Positions 10,158-18,997 of a stretch of 40,308 bases of DNA are shown here, piece by piece. The position numbers were made by a program, and so were the translations under genes. Within the stretch, counting starts at the first letter, position 1. Each line of letters opens with the position of its first letter. Under the pieces are notes generated by a model. That model was not told the origin of the DNA, did not search any database, and saw nothing but the letters and a program-made list of their open reading frames with translations. Source of the stretch: Alphaproteobacteria bacterium (GTDB lineage: Bacteria; Pseudomonadota; Alphaproteobacteria; DATDPM01); assembly GCA_041479345.1 (NCBI GenBank), contig JBGOXX010000002.1, positions 1-40,308 of the forward strand, given 5' to 3'.

Positions 10158-11075
10158 CTAACGCAAATCAGGGTGCCAGACGGAAATTACCCCGTCAAGT
10201 GTAAGTCTCTCAGAAAACAACGTTTTTCCGGCCCATCCCCCCACGACCTTGCGGAACAGTTCCTTCTCGCCATCGGTATCGATGTCGCGGATGGGCAGTT
10301 GGGGACTGACCCCATGGGCGGCGCTGAGCCAGTGAAGGGCCTCGTTTTCGCCGCCGATTTCGTCGATCAGCCCGTTTGCCAATGCCTGGCGACCGGTGAA
10401 GACGCGCCCATCGGACAAGGGTGCCGCTTGTTCGGGGCTCAGCGAGCGGCGCATTTCGACCAGCTTCACGAAGCCGTCATAGACGTCGCGGATGACGCTC
10501 ATGGTCGCCTCCCGGGCTTCCGGCGTCAGGGGCTCCAGCGGCGACGGCACCGCCTTCAAGGGAGCGCTTTTCAGGGCTTCGGTCGTGATGCCGAGCTTTT
10601 GCAACAATCCGGTCACGTCGGCAGTTTGCAGGATCACGCCGATCGAGCCGGTGACCGAGCCCTCGCGGGCAAAAATCCGGTCGCCGCCGAGCGCTACCAT
10701 ATAGCCGGCTGAGGTCGCCATTTCGCCCATCACGATGGCCACGGGTTTGTTCGCCGCGACCTCCCGCAATTCGTAATAGAGCGACTGACCGCCGACGACG
10801 GTTCCGCCGGGCGAATCAATCCGGACGATCAGGGCGCGCGCCGACGGATCTTCGGCCACATGCTTGAGCGCATCCGCCCGGTCGGGATCATCGGCGATGA
10901 CGCCGTTGATCGAAATCCGGGCGATATGCCGGGCATGCAGGATGGGTTGATGGCGGTCGATCAGCAGGAGAACCGCGCCGACGGCCGCGATAACCGCAAG
11001 AAGCCGCCAAAAAGTCAGCCGCCGCTTGAGGCGTTGGCGATCGACGCGAAGATCCGAGTCAATGGACACCGGCAA
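10158..11075 (-). CDS. sppA: Signal peptide peptidase SppA, 36K type (S49 family)
   Basis: 305 aa with an N-terminal TM anchor and an S49 peptidase core (IDSPGGTV, MATSAGYMVA). Conserved location between rpsA and ihfB. Confidence 0.88.
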   Translation of the reverse strand: MPVSIDSDLRVDRQRLKRRLTFWRLLAVIAAVGAVLLLIDRHQPILHARHIARISINGVIADDPDRADALKHVAEDPSARALIVRIDSPGGTVVGGQSLYYELREVAANKPVAIVMGEMATSAGYMVALGGDRIFAREGSVTGSIGVILQTADVTGLLQKLGITTEALKSAPLKAVPSPLEPLTPEAREATMSVIRDVYDGFVKLVEMRRSLSPEQAAPLSDGRVFTGRQALANGLIDEIGGENEALHWLSAAHGVSPQLPIRDIDTDGEKELFRKVVGGWAGKTLFSERLTLDGVISVWHPDLR

Positions 11076-11099
11076 GCTCCCGCTTTGCCGAAGCCGGGA

Positions 11100-12878
<1,779 letters not shown>

Positions 12879-13063
12879 GCTATTTCAATCCATCCTCTTC
12901 AATTCGCGTCGATCCCTTGGATCGTCCCGCGCAAAAAAATATCCGCAACCGAGCGCCTTTCCTGGCCCGGCCGGGAGCTCGAATTTTCCGTCAGGCTCTT
13001 GCGTTCCCCGCTCGAGCCTTTTTCGGTTCTCAAGATTTCGGGGCGGCAGTCCTTAGCCCCGGA

Positions 13064-13717
13064 TCAGGACCCGGTACGCGATTCAATCGACTTCAGGGCA
13101 GCGGCGAAAACTTGGTCGGCGGTGAGCTCCGTGGTGTCGAGCAGAATGGCGTCGTCCGCCATCCGCAAGGGAGCCGCCTCTCGCTGGCTGTCCCGGGAAT
13201 CGCGATCCCTCATGTCCCTGAGAACGGCGCTATGTATAGCCGCGATGCCCCGGTCGAGCAACTCCTTAAGCCGCCGATTTGCACGGGTTTCCACGCTTGC
13301 GGTCACGAAAAACTTGATGTCCGCATTGGGGCATACCACGGTCCCGATATCCCGCCCTTCGATGACCGCGCCCCGGGCGCCGCCCGGCGGATGGGCGGCG
13401 AAGCCGCGCTGAAATTCGATCAAGATTTTGCGGACTTCCGGGTAGGCAGCCACAATAGATGCGGTATTGGCGGTGGTGTCGCCGCGCAATTCCGGGTCTT
13501 CAAGATCCTTGGGATTTAACTCCTTTGCGGCTTTGACCGCGGCGTTGACATCCGAGGGGTCGGCGCCGGCCCGCAGGGTCCTTAAGCCCACCGCGCGGTA
13601 CAACAGCCCGGTTTCGAGATAGGCATAGCCAAGATGAGCCGCCAGGCGCCTGGCGAGGGTTCCCTTACCGGCGCCGGCCGGCCCGTCCATCGCAATCAGC
13701 CGAGGCGGCGAGGTCAC
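13064..13717 (-). CDS. cmk: Cytidylate kinase
   Basis: P-loop IAMDGPAGAGKGT. GTG start overlaps the aroA stop (GTGA at 13714-13717). aroA-cmk-rpsA synteny. Confidence 0.92.
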   Translation of the reverse strand: MTSPPRLIAMDGPAGAGKGTLARRLAAHLGYAYLETGLLYRAVGLRTLRAGADPSDVNAAVKAAKELNPKDLEDPELRGDTTANTASIVAAYPEVRKILIEFQRGFAAHPPGGARGAVIEGRDIGTVVCPNADIKFFVTASVETRANRRLKELLDRGIAAIHSAVLRDMRDRDSRDSQREAAPLRMADDAILLDTTELTADQVFAAALKSIESRTGS

Positions 13718-15045
13718 GCCTGAACCTTGGCGCCGATGCGGTTCATTAATTCGGCAAAGCCGGGAAAACTCGTTCCGATCATGGTCGAATCATCGACCCC
13801 GACTTTATCCTCGGACACGATTCCCATGACCAGGAAGGCCATGGCGATGCGGTGGTCGAGATGGGTTTCGATGGTCTTGCCCCCCGGCGGTTTCCCGCCC
13901 TTTCCGTAAACGACGAGGCCGTCTTCGGTTTCTTCCGCGCCGACGCCGCAGCGGGCCAATCCGTCAACGATCGCCCGCACCCGATCGCTCTCCTTGACGC
14001 GAAGCTCGGCAATTCCGCCCATCGCCGTCTTGCCTTCGGCGCAGGCGGCGGCGACCGCCAATATCGGGAATTCGTCGATCATCGACGGCACGCGGGTAAA
14101 CGGAACCGCAACGCCTTTGAGGCGGGAGCTGCGCGCCGTGATGTCGGCAACCATTTCGCCGCCCTGTTCGCGCTGATTGGCGATCACGATATCCGCACCC
14201 ATTTCGCGCAAGGTTTCATAGAGCCCCATGCGCAAGGGATTGACGCAAACATCGGTGACGGTGACCTCGGAATCCTCGGCAAGGATGGCGGCAACCAGCG
14301 GAAACGCCGCCGAACTCGGATCGCCCGGAACCGTGATATCGCGCGCCGTCAATTCCGGATGACCGGTAACGGTCGCTGCATGCCCGCGCTCGCCGTCGCC
14401 CGATATTTCTTCGACGATGACCCGCGCGCCGAAATGGCGGAGCATGATTTCGGTGTGATCGCGGCTTTGCTCCGGTTCGATCACCGTGGTCTCGCCGGGG
14501 GCATTCAATCCAGCAAGAAGAATCGCCGATTTCACTTGCGCCGAGGCAATGGCAAGTTTTTCGATGATGGGGATGGGCGATCGCGCGCCGATGACCGCAA
14601 GCGGAAGCGTATGGCCGGTGTGGCCGATAAAATTGGCGCCGATATGGGAAAGCGGACCCATCACCCGCGCCATCGGCCGCCGGCAAAGCGATTCGTCGCC
14701 GGTGAAAAAACTGGTGAAGGGATGGCTCGCGGTCAGCCCGATCAAAAGCCGCGCCCCGGTCCCCGAATTGCCGAGATCCAGCACCGAATCGCTTTCGGTG
14801 AGGCCGCCGATGCCGACCCCATCCACCTGCCAGCGGCCTTCGCCTTCGCGCGTGATTCCGGCACCCAGTGCCCGCAACGCCGACGCCGTATGCCTCACGT
14901 CGTCGCCCTCGAGCAAGCCGGTAATCGTGCTCCGCCCGACCGCGAGGGATGCGAGCATCAGCGCCCGGTGCGAAATCGACTTGTCGCCGGGTACCGCAAT
15001 CCGCCCGCGTAAGCCTCGCGCCGGTGTCGAAACAAGCGGTGTCAC
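13714..15045 (-). CDS. aroA: 3-phosphoshikimate 1-carboxyvinyltransferase (EPSP synthase)
   Basis: 443 aa with EPSP synthase motifs VPGDKSISHRALML and LGNSGTGARLL. Confidence 0.94.
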   Translation of the reverse strand: MTPLVSTPARGLRGRIAVPGDKSISHRALMLASLAVGRSTITGLLEGDDVRHTASALRALGAGITREGEGRWQVDGVGIGGLTESDSVLDLGNSGTGARLLIGLTASHPFTSFFTGDESLCRRPMARVMGPLSHIGANFIGHTGHTLPLAVIGARSPIPIIEKLAIASAQVKSAILLAGLNAPGETTVIEPEQSRDHTEIMLRHFGARVIVEEISGDGERGHAATVTGHPELTARDITVPGDPSSAAFPLVAAILAEDSEVTVTDVCVNPLRMGLYETLREMGADIVIANQREQGGEMVADITARSSRLKGVAVPFTRVPSMIDEFPILAVAAACAEGKTAMGGIAELRVKESDRVRAIVDGLARCGVGAEETEDGLVVYGKGGKPPGGKTIETHLDHRIAMAFLVMGIVSEDKVGVDDSTMIGTSFPGFAELMNRIGAKVQA

Positions 15046-15247
15046 ATTTCTTCCCCTGCGGCCGATCCCAAGGGCTTAGAGCCCCGGAGCTTGGTAGCAC
15101 AGGCCGGGGCAAGGCCGGTAGCACCGCCCCGGGTGTCAATACCGGGGTAATTCGGGAACAATACGGGAAGGGGCCTATTTTGCTTTTGACAGCGCCGCCC
15201 GAAAGTGGCAATTGGCAGCCCGGCCCGAGACAGGGAGGGTATGCCCC

Positions 15248-15613
15248 GTGAAGTCCGATTGGGGAACAAAACGAACTTGCCAAAGCTGTGGCGCGCCTTT
15301 TTACGATATGCGCCGCACGCCGATCATTTGCCCTAAATGCAAGACCGCATTCGATCCGGAAGCCTTCACCAAGGTGAAGCGCGGCCGGCCGCAGCCGGTC
15401 GCCGAGGAAAAGCGCCCTGCCGTGGTCAAGCCGGTGCCGGAGGATGACGTTGGTCTTGAGATCGTACTGCCCGATGACGGGGAGGAGATCGAAGAGATCG
15501 AGGAGGAAGGTACCGGCAACGACGAAGAGGACGTGATCGAAGACGCCTCCGAACTCGTTCAGGACGATGCCGACGTCGGCAAGGTGATCGACAAGACCGG
15601 CGAGGATACTTAA
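15248..15613 (+). CDS. TIGR02300-type (FYDLN_acid) zinc-ribbon protein with an acidic tail
   Basis: GTKRTCQSCGAPFYDMRRTPIICPKCKTAF followed by an Asp/Glu-rich C-terminus. I prefer the GTG at 15248, with GGAGG 9 nt upstream, over the track's TTG at 15212. Confidence 0.8.
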   Translation: MKSDWGTKRTCQSCGAPFYDMRRTPIICPKCKTAFDPEAFTKVKRGRPQPVAEEKRPAVVKPVPEDDVGLEIVLPDDGEEIEEIEEEGTGNDEEDVIEDASELVQDDADVGKVIDKTGEDT

Positions 15614-15737
15614 AGGCACAGCGCTGGGCCGCCCAATGCCGGGACGCTCAGCGCCGGGGGCTCAGGGCAGGGCACCCGGTGCGGGAAGCGAGGGTCCGGC
15701 GTTAACGGATTTTTTCGCTTGGCCGGTTAAAACCGAA

Positions 15738-15743
15738 TATAAT
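15738..15743 (+). promoter_or_regulatory. Possible -10 element for the tRNA-Ala transcript
   Basis: Perfect TATAAT 48 nt upstream of the tRNA 5' end. The best -35 candidates (TTCGCT at 15714, TTGGCC at 15719) have poor sequence or spacing, so this is tentative. Confidence 0.3.
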
Positions 15744-15790
15744 TTGCACGAATTTAGGGGCCGCGCCTCATGGCTGCGGCCCCGTCCCTT

Positions 15791-15866
<76 letters not shown>

Positions 15867-15872
15867 GTTTCA

Positions 15873-15904
15873 AAAGGCCCTGGCCGGCAACGGTCGGGGC
15901 CTTT
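15873..15904 (+). terminator. Rho-independent terminator after tRNA-Ala
   Basis: AAAGGCCC (15873-15880) pairs with GGGCCTTT (15897-15904), and inner pairing extends the stem to about 13 bp around a GCAA loop. GTGTTT follows. Confidence 0.7.
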
Positions 15905-16029
15905 GTGTTTGGGTTGGCTCCAATCAAGACAATCGCATTCGAGATAAATGCCAACCGTCATTCGCGATCCGTTGCGAAGGATGCATCCGATCCCGGCGTG
16001 GAATGGGTATCAGACCACGGGAGAGGAAC

Positions 16030-16541
16030 ATGGCTGACTGGCTTCGCAAGACGGTAGACGCGCATCGAGGCTCAGCGGTGTTGCGCGCGATTTTTCTGGG
16101 GCTTCTGTTTTCGGTTGCCGCATCCACGCCAGTCGTTTCGGCCGCGACTCCGATGATTTCGCCGCAGGAATTGGAGATCGCCGGGCTCCAAATCGAAGCT
16201 TGGATTCCCGAGCGCGGCACGCCCGGGCCCTTGGCCGGTGTTTATTTTTTCCACGGCTTCGACGGCTGCGACACCCAATCCACATTCCTGATGGAGGCGC
16301 TCGCCAAATCCGGTTATGCGATCTTCGCACCCAATCATCAGGATGCCGGTTGCGGCATGATGATCTGGCCGACCCGTCCCGATGCGCCCTTCCGCGATCC
16401 GAGCGACTGGACCGAGAACATCTATAAGGACCGCCGGGTAAGAATCGCCGGGACGACATCCGAAAACTCCTGGACGCACTGAGTGCCGATCCGCGTTATT
16501 CGGCGCCGCCCTTCGACTGGACTGACGTCGGGCTTAATTGA
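16030..16541 (+). pseudogene. Frameshifted and 3'-truncated paralog of the downstream secreted alpha/beta hydrolase
   Basis: The N-terminal 140 aa align with the 16610..17464 product (FHGFDGCDTQSTFLMEALAKSGYAIFAPNH vs SHGFDGCNTQITFLMEALAKGGYAVFAPNH). After KDRR, a 14-nt segment (16438-16451, GTAAGAATCGCCGG) shifts the frame. Homology resumes in another frame (DDIRKLLDALSADPRYSAPPFDWTDVGL) and stops at TGA 16539-16541, just before where the GYSLGG nucleophile motif would be. Confidence 0.6.
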
Positions 16542-16609
16542 AGGCGGCGGTGCAGGAAAAACGGCTGCCGCTGTGGTAAACGGTATCGGGGGCAAGGGGG
16601 GTTGCTCGC

Positions 16610-17464
16610 ATGCGCGCCGTTTTATCGCTGATCTGTGGCGTCGTTGCCGCTTGGGCGGGTTTCATGCCGGGAGCCGCAGCCGCGCCGGTGAATCTCACCG
16701 TCGGCTGGCTCGAGGTTGCCGCGTGGCTGCCGGAAAGTTCCACACCCGGCCCTTGGCCGCTGCTCGTATTTTCCCACGGCTTTGACGGCTGCAACACGCA
16801 GATTACGTTCTTGATGGAGGCTCTGGCCAAGGGCGGTTACGCGGTCTTTGCGCCCAACCACCGCGATTCCAGCTGTGCGGCAATGATGTGGCCCACCCGG
16901 CCGGAGGCGCCGTTCGGCGAGGTGAGTGAATGGAGTGACGCAACATTCCGGGACCGTCGCAACGACATCAAAAAATTGTTGGATGGCCTGGCAAGCGATC
17001 CGCATTACCGGTCTGCTCCCTTCGATTGGCAGCATGTCGGTCTCGTCGGGTATTCGCTGGGTGGCTACACCGTTCTCGGGGTCGCTGGCGCTTGGGGGTC
17101 ATGGAAGGACGGGCGCGTCAAGGCGGTGCTGGCTCTTGCTCCCTACACCGCGCCGTTCGTCGAGCAGGACACCCTGGGCGGGCTTGCCGCTCCGGTGATG
17201 TACCAGGGCGGTACGCGCGACACCGGGGCTACGCCCTATGTCATGAAGGCGGGCGGCGCTTACGACCGGTCGCCGGCGCCGAAATACTTCGTCGAGTTCG
17301 AGGGTGCCGGGCACTACGCTTGGACGAATCTCAACGAGACGATGCAAGAGCCGATCATCGAATACGCTTTGGCCTTCTTCGATCGTTGCTTTAAGGGCAA
17401 AGACTTCCCGAAGCGGCTTTTGCAGCGCCACGGGAATGTCGCGGCGGTCGAGGCAAGCGAATAG
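16610..17464 (+). CDS. Secreted alpha/beta hydrolase (dienelactone hydrolase / PAF-acetylhydrolase / cutinase-like serine esterase)
   Basis: 284 aa with a signal peptide (MRAVLSLICGVVAAWAGFMPGAAAA), nucleophile elbow GYSLGG, and candidate Asp (GGTRDTG) and His (GAGHYAW) for a Ser-Asp-His triad. Confidence 0.8.
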   Translation: MRAVLSLICGVVAAWAGFMPGAAAAPVNLTVGWLEVAAWLPESSTPGPWPLLVFSHGFDGCNTQITFLMEALAKGGYAVFAPNHRDSSCAAMMWPTRPEAPFGEVSEWSDATFRDRRNDIKKLLDGLASDPHYRSAPFDWQHVGLVGYSLGGYTVLGVAGAWGSWKDGRVKAVLALAPYTAPFVEQDTLGGLAAPVMYQGGTRDTGATPYVMKAGGAYDRSPAPKYFVEFEGAGHYAWTNLNETMQEPIIEYALAFFDRCFKGKDFPKRLLQRHGNVAAVEASE

Positions 17465-17558
17465 CACCACACCGGGTTACCGCCTTGCTTCCGCAAGTCG
17501 ATGGCTCTCGACAATTGATTGTGAGCTAAGATCCGGGTTTCCCGGAGAAATAGGGGTT

Positions 17559-17588
17559 CTTGAATCGGTACGGCCGTTAACACATATA
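17559..17588 (+). promoter_or_regulatory. Promoter of the hsp20 operon (sigma-32-like or sigma-70-like)
   Basis: CTTGAA (17559-17564)-N16-CACATAT (17581-17587) resembles heat-shock promoters. The same DNA also reads TTGAAT-N17-CATATA, a sigma-70-like arrangement. Sequence alone cannot tell the two apart. Confidence 0.5.
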
Positions 17589-17593
17589 AAAAA

Positions 17594-17678
17594 CGTACCG
17601 AGGCGGTGCCGTAAGGGCCGCCTCCCGTGGGTGCCGATATCGGGCCCAAGGTGACAACTCGCTCGAAAGGAGGAGGTT
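17594..17678 (+). promoter_or_regulatory. ROSE-like RNA thermometer 5' leader of hsp20
   Basis: Three hand-folded hairpins are visible: 17600-17624 (GAGGCGG/CCGCCTC), 17629-17647, and 17658-17675. In the last, CUCGCUC pairs with the SD GGAGGAG, leaving G17661 bulged. The anti-SD UCGCU matches the ROSE U(U/C)GCU signature, and the ATG is at 17679. Confidence 0.6.
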
Positions 17679-18137
17679 ATGTCCCGCATGTCTTTGTTCA
17701 ACAGTCCGCTTCTTCTCGGCTTCGATGAATTCGAGCGCGCCTTCGAGCGCATCTCGAAAGCATCTTCGGACGGCTACCCGCCCTATAACATCGAACGGGT
17801 GGGCGATGATAAGCTCCGCATCACCCTGGCGGTGGCCGGCTTTACCAAGGACGATCTTTCGGTCTCGGTCGAAGACAATCAGATGACGATCCGCGGCAAG
17901 CACGCGGACGAGCCGGACAAGGTCTACCTGCATCGCGGCATCGCGGCCCGGCAATTCCAAAGGAGCTTCGTGCTCGCCGAAGGAATCAAAGTGACGGGCG
18001 CAGCGCTCGATAACGGCTTACTATCGGTAGACCTGGAGCGTCCCGAACGCAGCGCCAAGCCACGCACGATCGAAATCAACACGGCGAAACGCGGAAACGG
18101 CACGGTTTCGGTCAATACCGATGCCGAATCGTCCTAA
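17679..18137 (+). CDS. Small heat shock protein, Hsp20/IbpA family
   Basis: 152 aa alpha-crystallin domain protein (YPPYNIERVGDDKLRITLAVAGFTKDDLSVSVEDNQMTIRG...GLLSVDLER), with a strong AGGAGGAGG SD. Confidence 0.93.
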   Translation: MSRMSLFNSPLLLGFDEFERAFERISKASSDGYPPYNIERVGDDKLRITLAVAGFTKDDLSVSVEDNQMTIRGKHADEPDKVYLHRGIAARQFQRSFVLAEGIKVTGAALDNGLLSVDLERPERSAKPRTIEINTAKRGNGTVSVNTDAESS

Positions 18138-18159
18138 TCGAGGCAAAGGAGGCCATAAA

Positions 18160-18381
18160 ATGAACGCAATGAACAACGAAGCCCCCGCGAAGATCTCCGA
18201 GCAGGAATTCGCTCGCCTCGGAATGAGCGGCCTCGCCTATATCCGTCCGGTGGTCCTGGAAACCGGTGCCGGGTTCATGATCCATGCCGCCGACGGCACT
18301 GCGCTGGGTGTGACGCCCGATCGCGACACCGCTTTCGTCGCGGCGCGCCAGCACGGGCTCCAGCCCCAATCCGTTCACTAA
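18160..18381 (+). CDS. DUF1150-family protein
   Basis: 73 aa (MNAMNNE...GLAYIRPVVLETGAGFMIHAADGTALGVTPDRDTAFVAARQHGLQPQSVH) matching the DUF1150 pattern I know (..HAADGT....D.R..A...A......SVH). Start taken at the ATG preceded by AAAGGAGG. The family is commonly paired with hsp20 in alphaproteobacteria. Confidence 0.8.
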   Translation: MNAMNNEAPAKISEQEFARLGMSGLAYIRPVVLETGAGFMIHAADGTALGVTPDRDTAFVAARQHGLQPQSVH

Positions 18382-18422
18382 CCGGGCAATCCACTCCTAC
18401 GCGTATCCGATAGCGCGTCCTC

Positions 18423-18450
18423 CTCCCGCGAGAAGCGATTCTCGCGGGAG
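18423..18450 (+). terminator. Strong stem-loop after the hsp20-DUF1150 pair
   Basis: CTCCCGCGAGA / TCTCGCGGGAG form a perfect 11-bp stem with a 6-nt loop. There is no clear U-tract, so the terminator function is inferred. Confidence 0.55.
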
Positions 18451-18519
18451 TGAAGATTCCGTGCCGCCTCTTGGATATGGGCTATGATCTCCGGCGTCTG
18501 AACTGATCGGAGGCATGGC

Positions 18520-18888
18520 ATGGCGGCGCGGTTCTTCGGATTTTGCTTGGTTGCGGCAATGGCAGTTCTGGCAGCCGCGCCAGCCCGGGCGATCGATACC
18601 AATATCAGCGGCGCGGAACTTCTGGCGCGATGCCAGGGAACGCCGGCGCTGCTCAAATCCGATCAGCTTTATTGCAAGGGCTACCTCGAGGGGATCGAGG
18701 ATATGATCGCCGAAACCCGCGCCCAAGGGAAACCGGTCGAGTTTTGCGTTCCCACCGGCGGCGTCAGCGAAGATCAGCTTCGCCAAGCCTACATTACCTG
18801 GGGGCAAGCGAACGCCTCCGAGATGCGCCAATCCTCCCGTGACGCAGCCTTGGCGGCACTTAGCGCCACCTATCCCTGTAAACCGTGA
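18520..18888 (+). CDS. Periplasmic Rap1a/Tai4-like protein (putative T6SS-immunity-type fold), orphan
   Basis: 122 aa with a signal peptide (MAARFFGFCLVAAMAVLAAAPARA). Pattern G.ELL..C...C.GY..G..D....FC.P.GVS..QL......W......EM.......AL.AL...YPC with four Cys. GGAGG lies 6 nt upstream of the ATG. The family assignment is from memory of the motif pattern, not a search. Confidence 0.6.
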   Translation: MAARFFGFCLVAAMAVLAAAPARAIDTNISGAELLARCQGTPALLKSDQLYCKGYLEGIEDMIAETRAQGKPVEFCVPTGGVSEDQLRQAYITWGQANASEMRQSSRDAALAALSATYPCKP

Positions 18889-18933
18889 TCTGAAGATGAT
18901 TGTGGGACGCCGCGTTTGGCGAACCTCAATTAG

Positions 18934-18997
18934 CGCTCACGCCGCGTGATGTTTTGACGCTCACGCCGCGTGATGTTTTGGCGCTCACGCCGCGTGG
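18934..18997. repeat. 24-bp tandem repeat (2 full copies plus 1 partial). The last copy is the stop-codon end of ptsN.
   Basis: CGCTCACGCCGCGTGATGTTTTG[A/G] occurs at 18934-18957 and 18958-18981. A third copy starts at 18982 and is identical for 15 nt, then becomes ptsN coding sequence. Each unit carries the 13-nt palindrome TCACGC-C-GCGTGA. Confidence 0.85.

Noticed and set aside
14216-15619. 467-aa minus-strand ORF spanning aroA, the intergenic region and the TIGR02300 gene
   Set aside because: It is an alternative frame of aroA that runs across a divergent promoter region and antisense to a real gene. The composition is Arg/Gly/Pro-rich and there are no motifs.
15867-18900. Possible genomic island integrated at tRNA-Ala (hydrolases, hsp20, DUF1150, Rap1a-like)
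   Set aside because: No integrase or recombinase is present. I could find no direct repeat of the tRNA 3' end downstream, and there is no obvious compositional break. The contents are typical chromosomal alphaproteobacterial genes. It is a variable segment but not a demonstrable mobile element.
18934-18997. CRISPR-like array
   Set aside because: The 24-bp units are directly contiguous with no spacers, there are only about 2.6 copies, and no cas genes are present.
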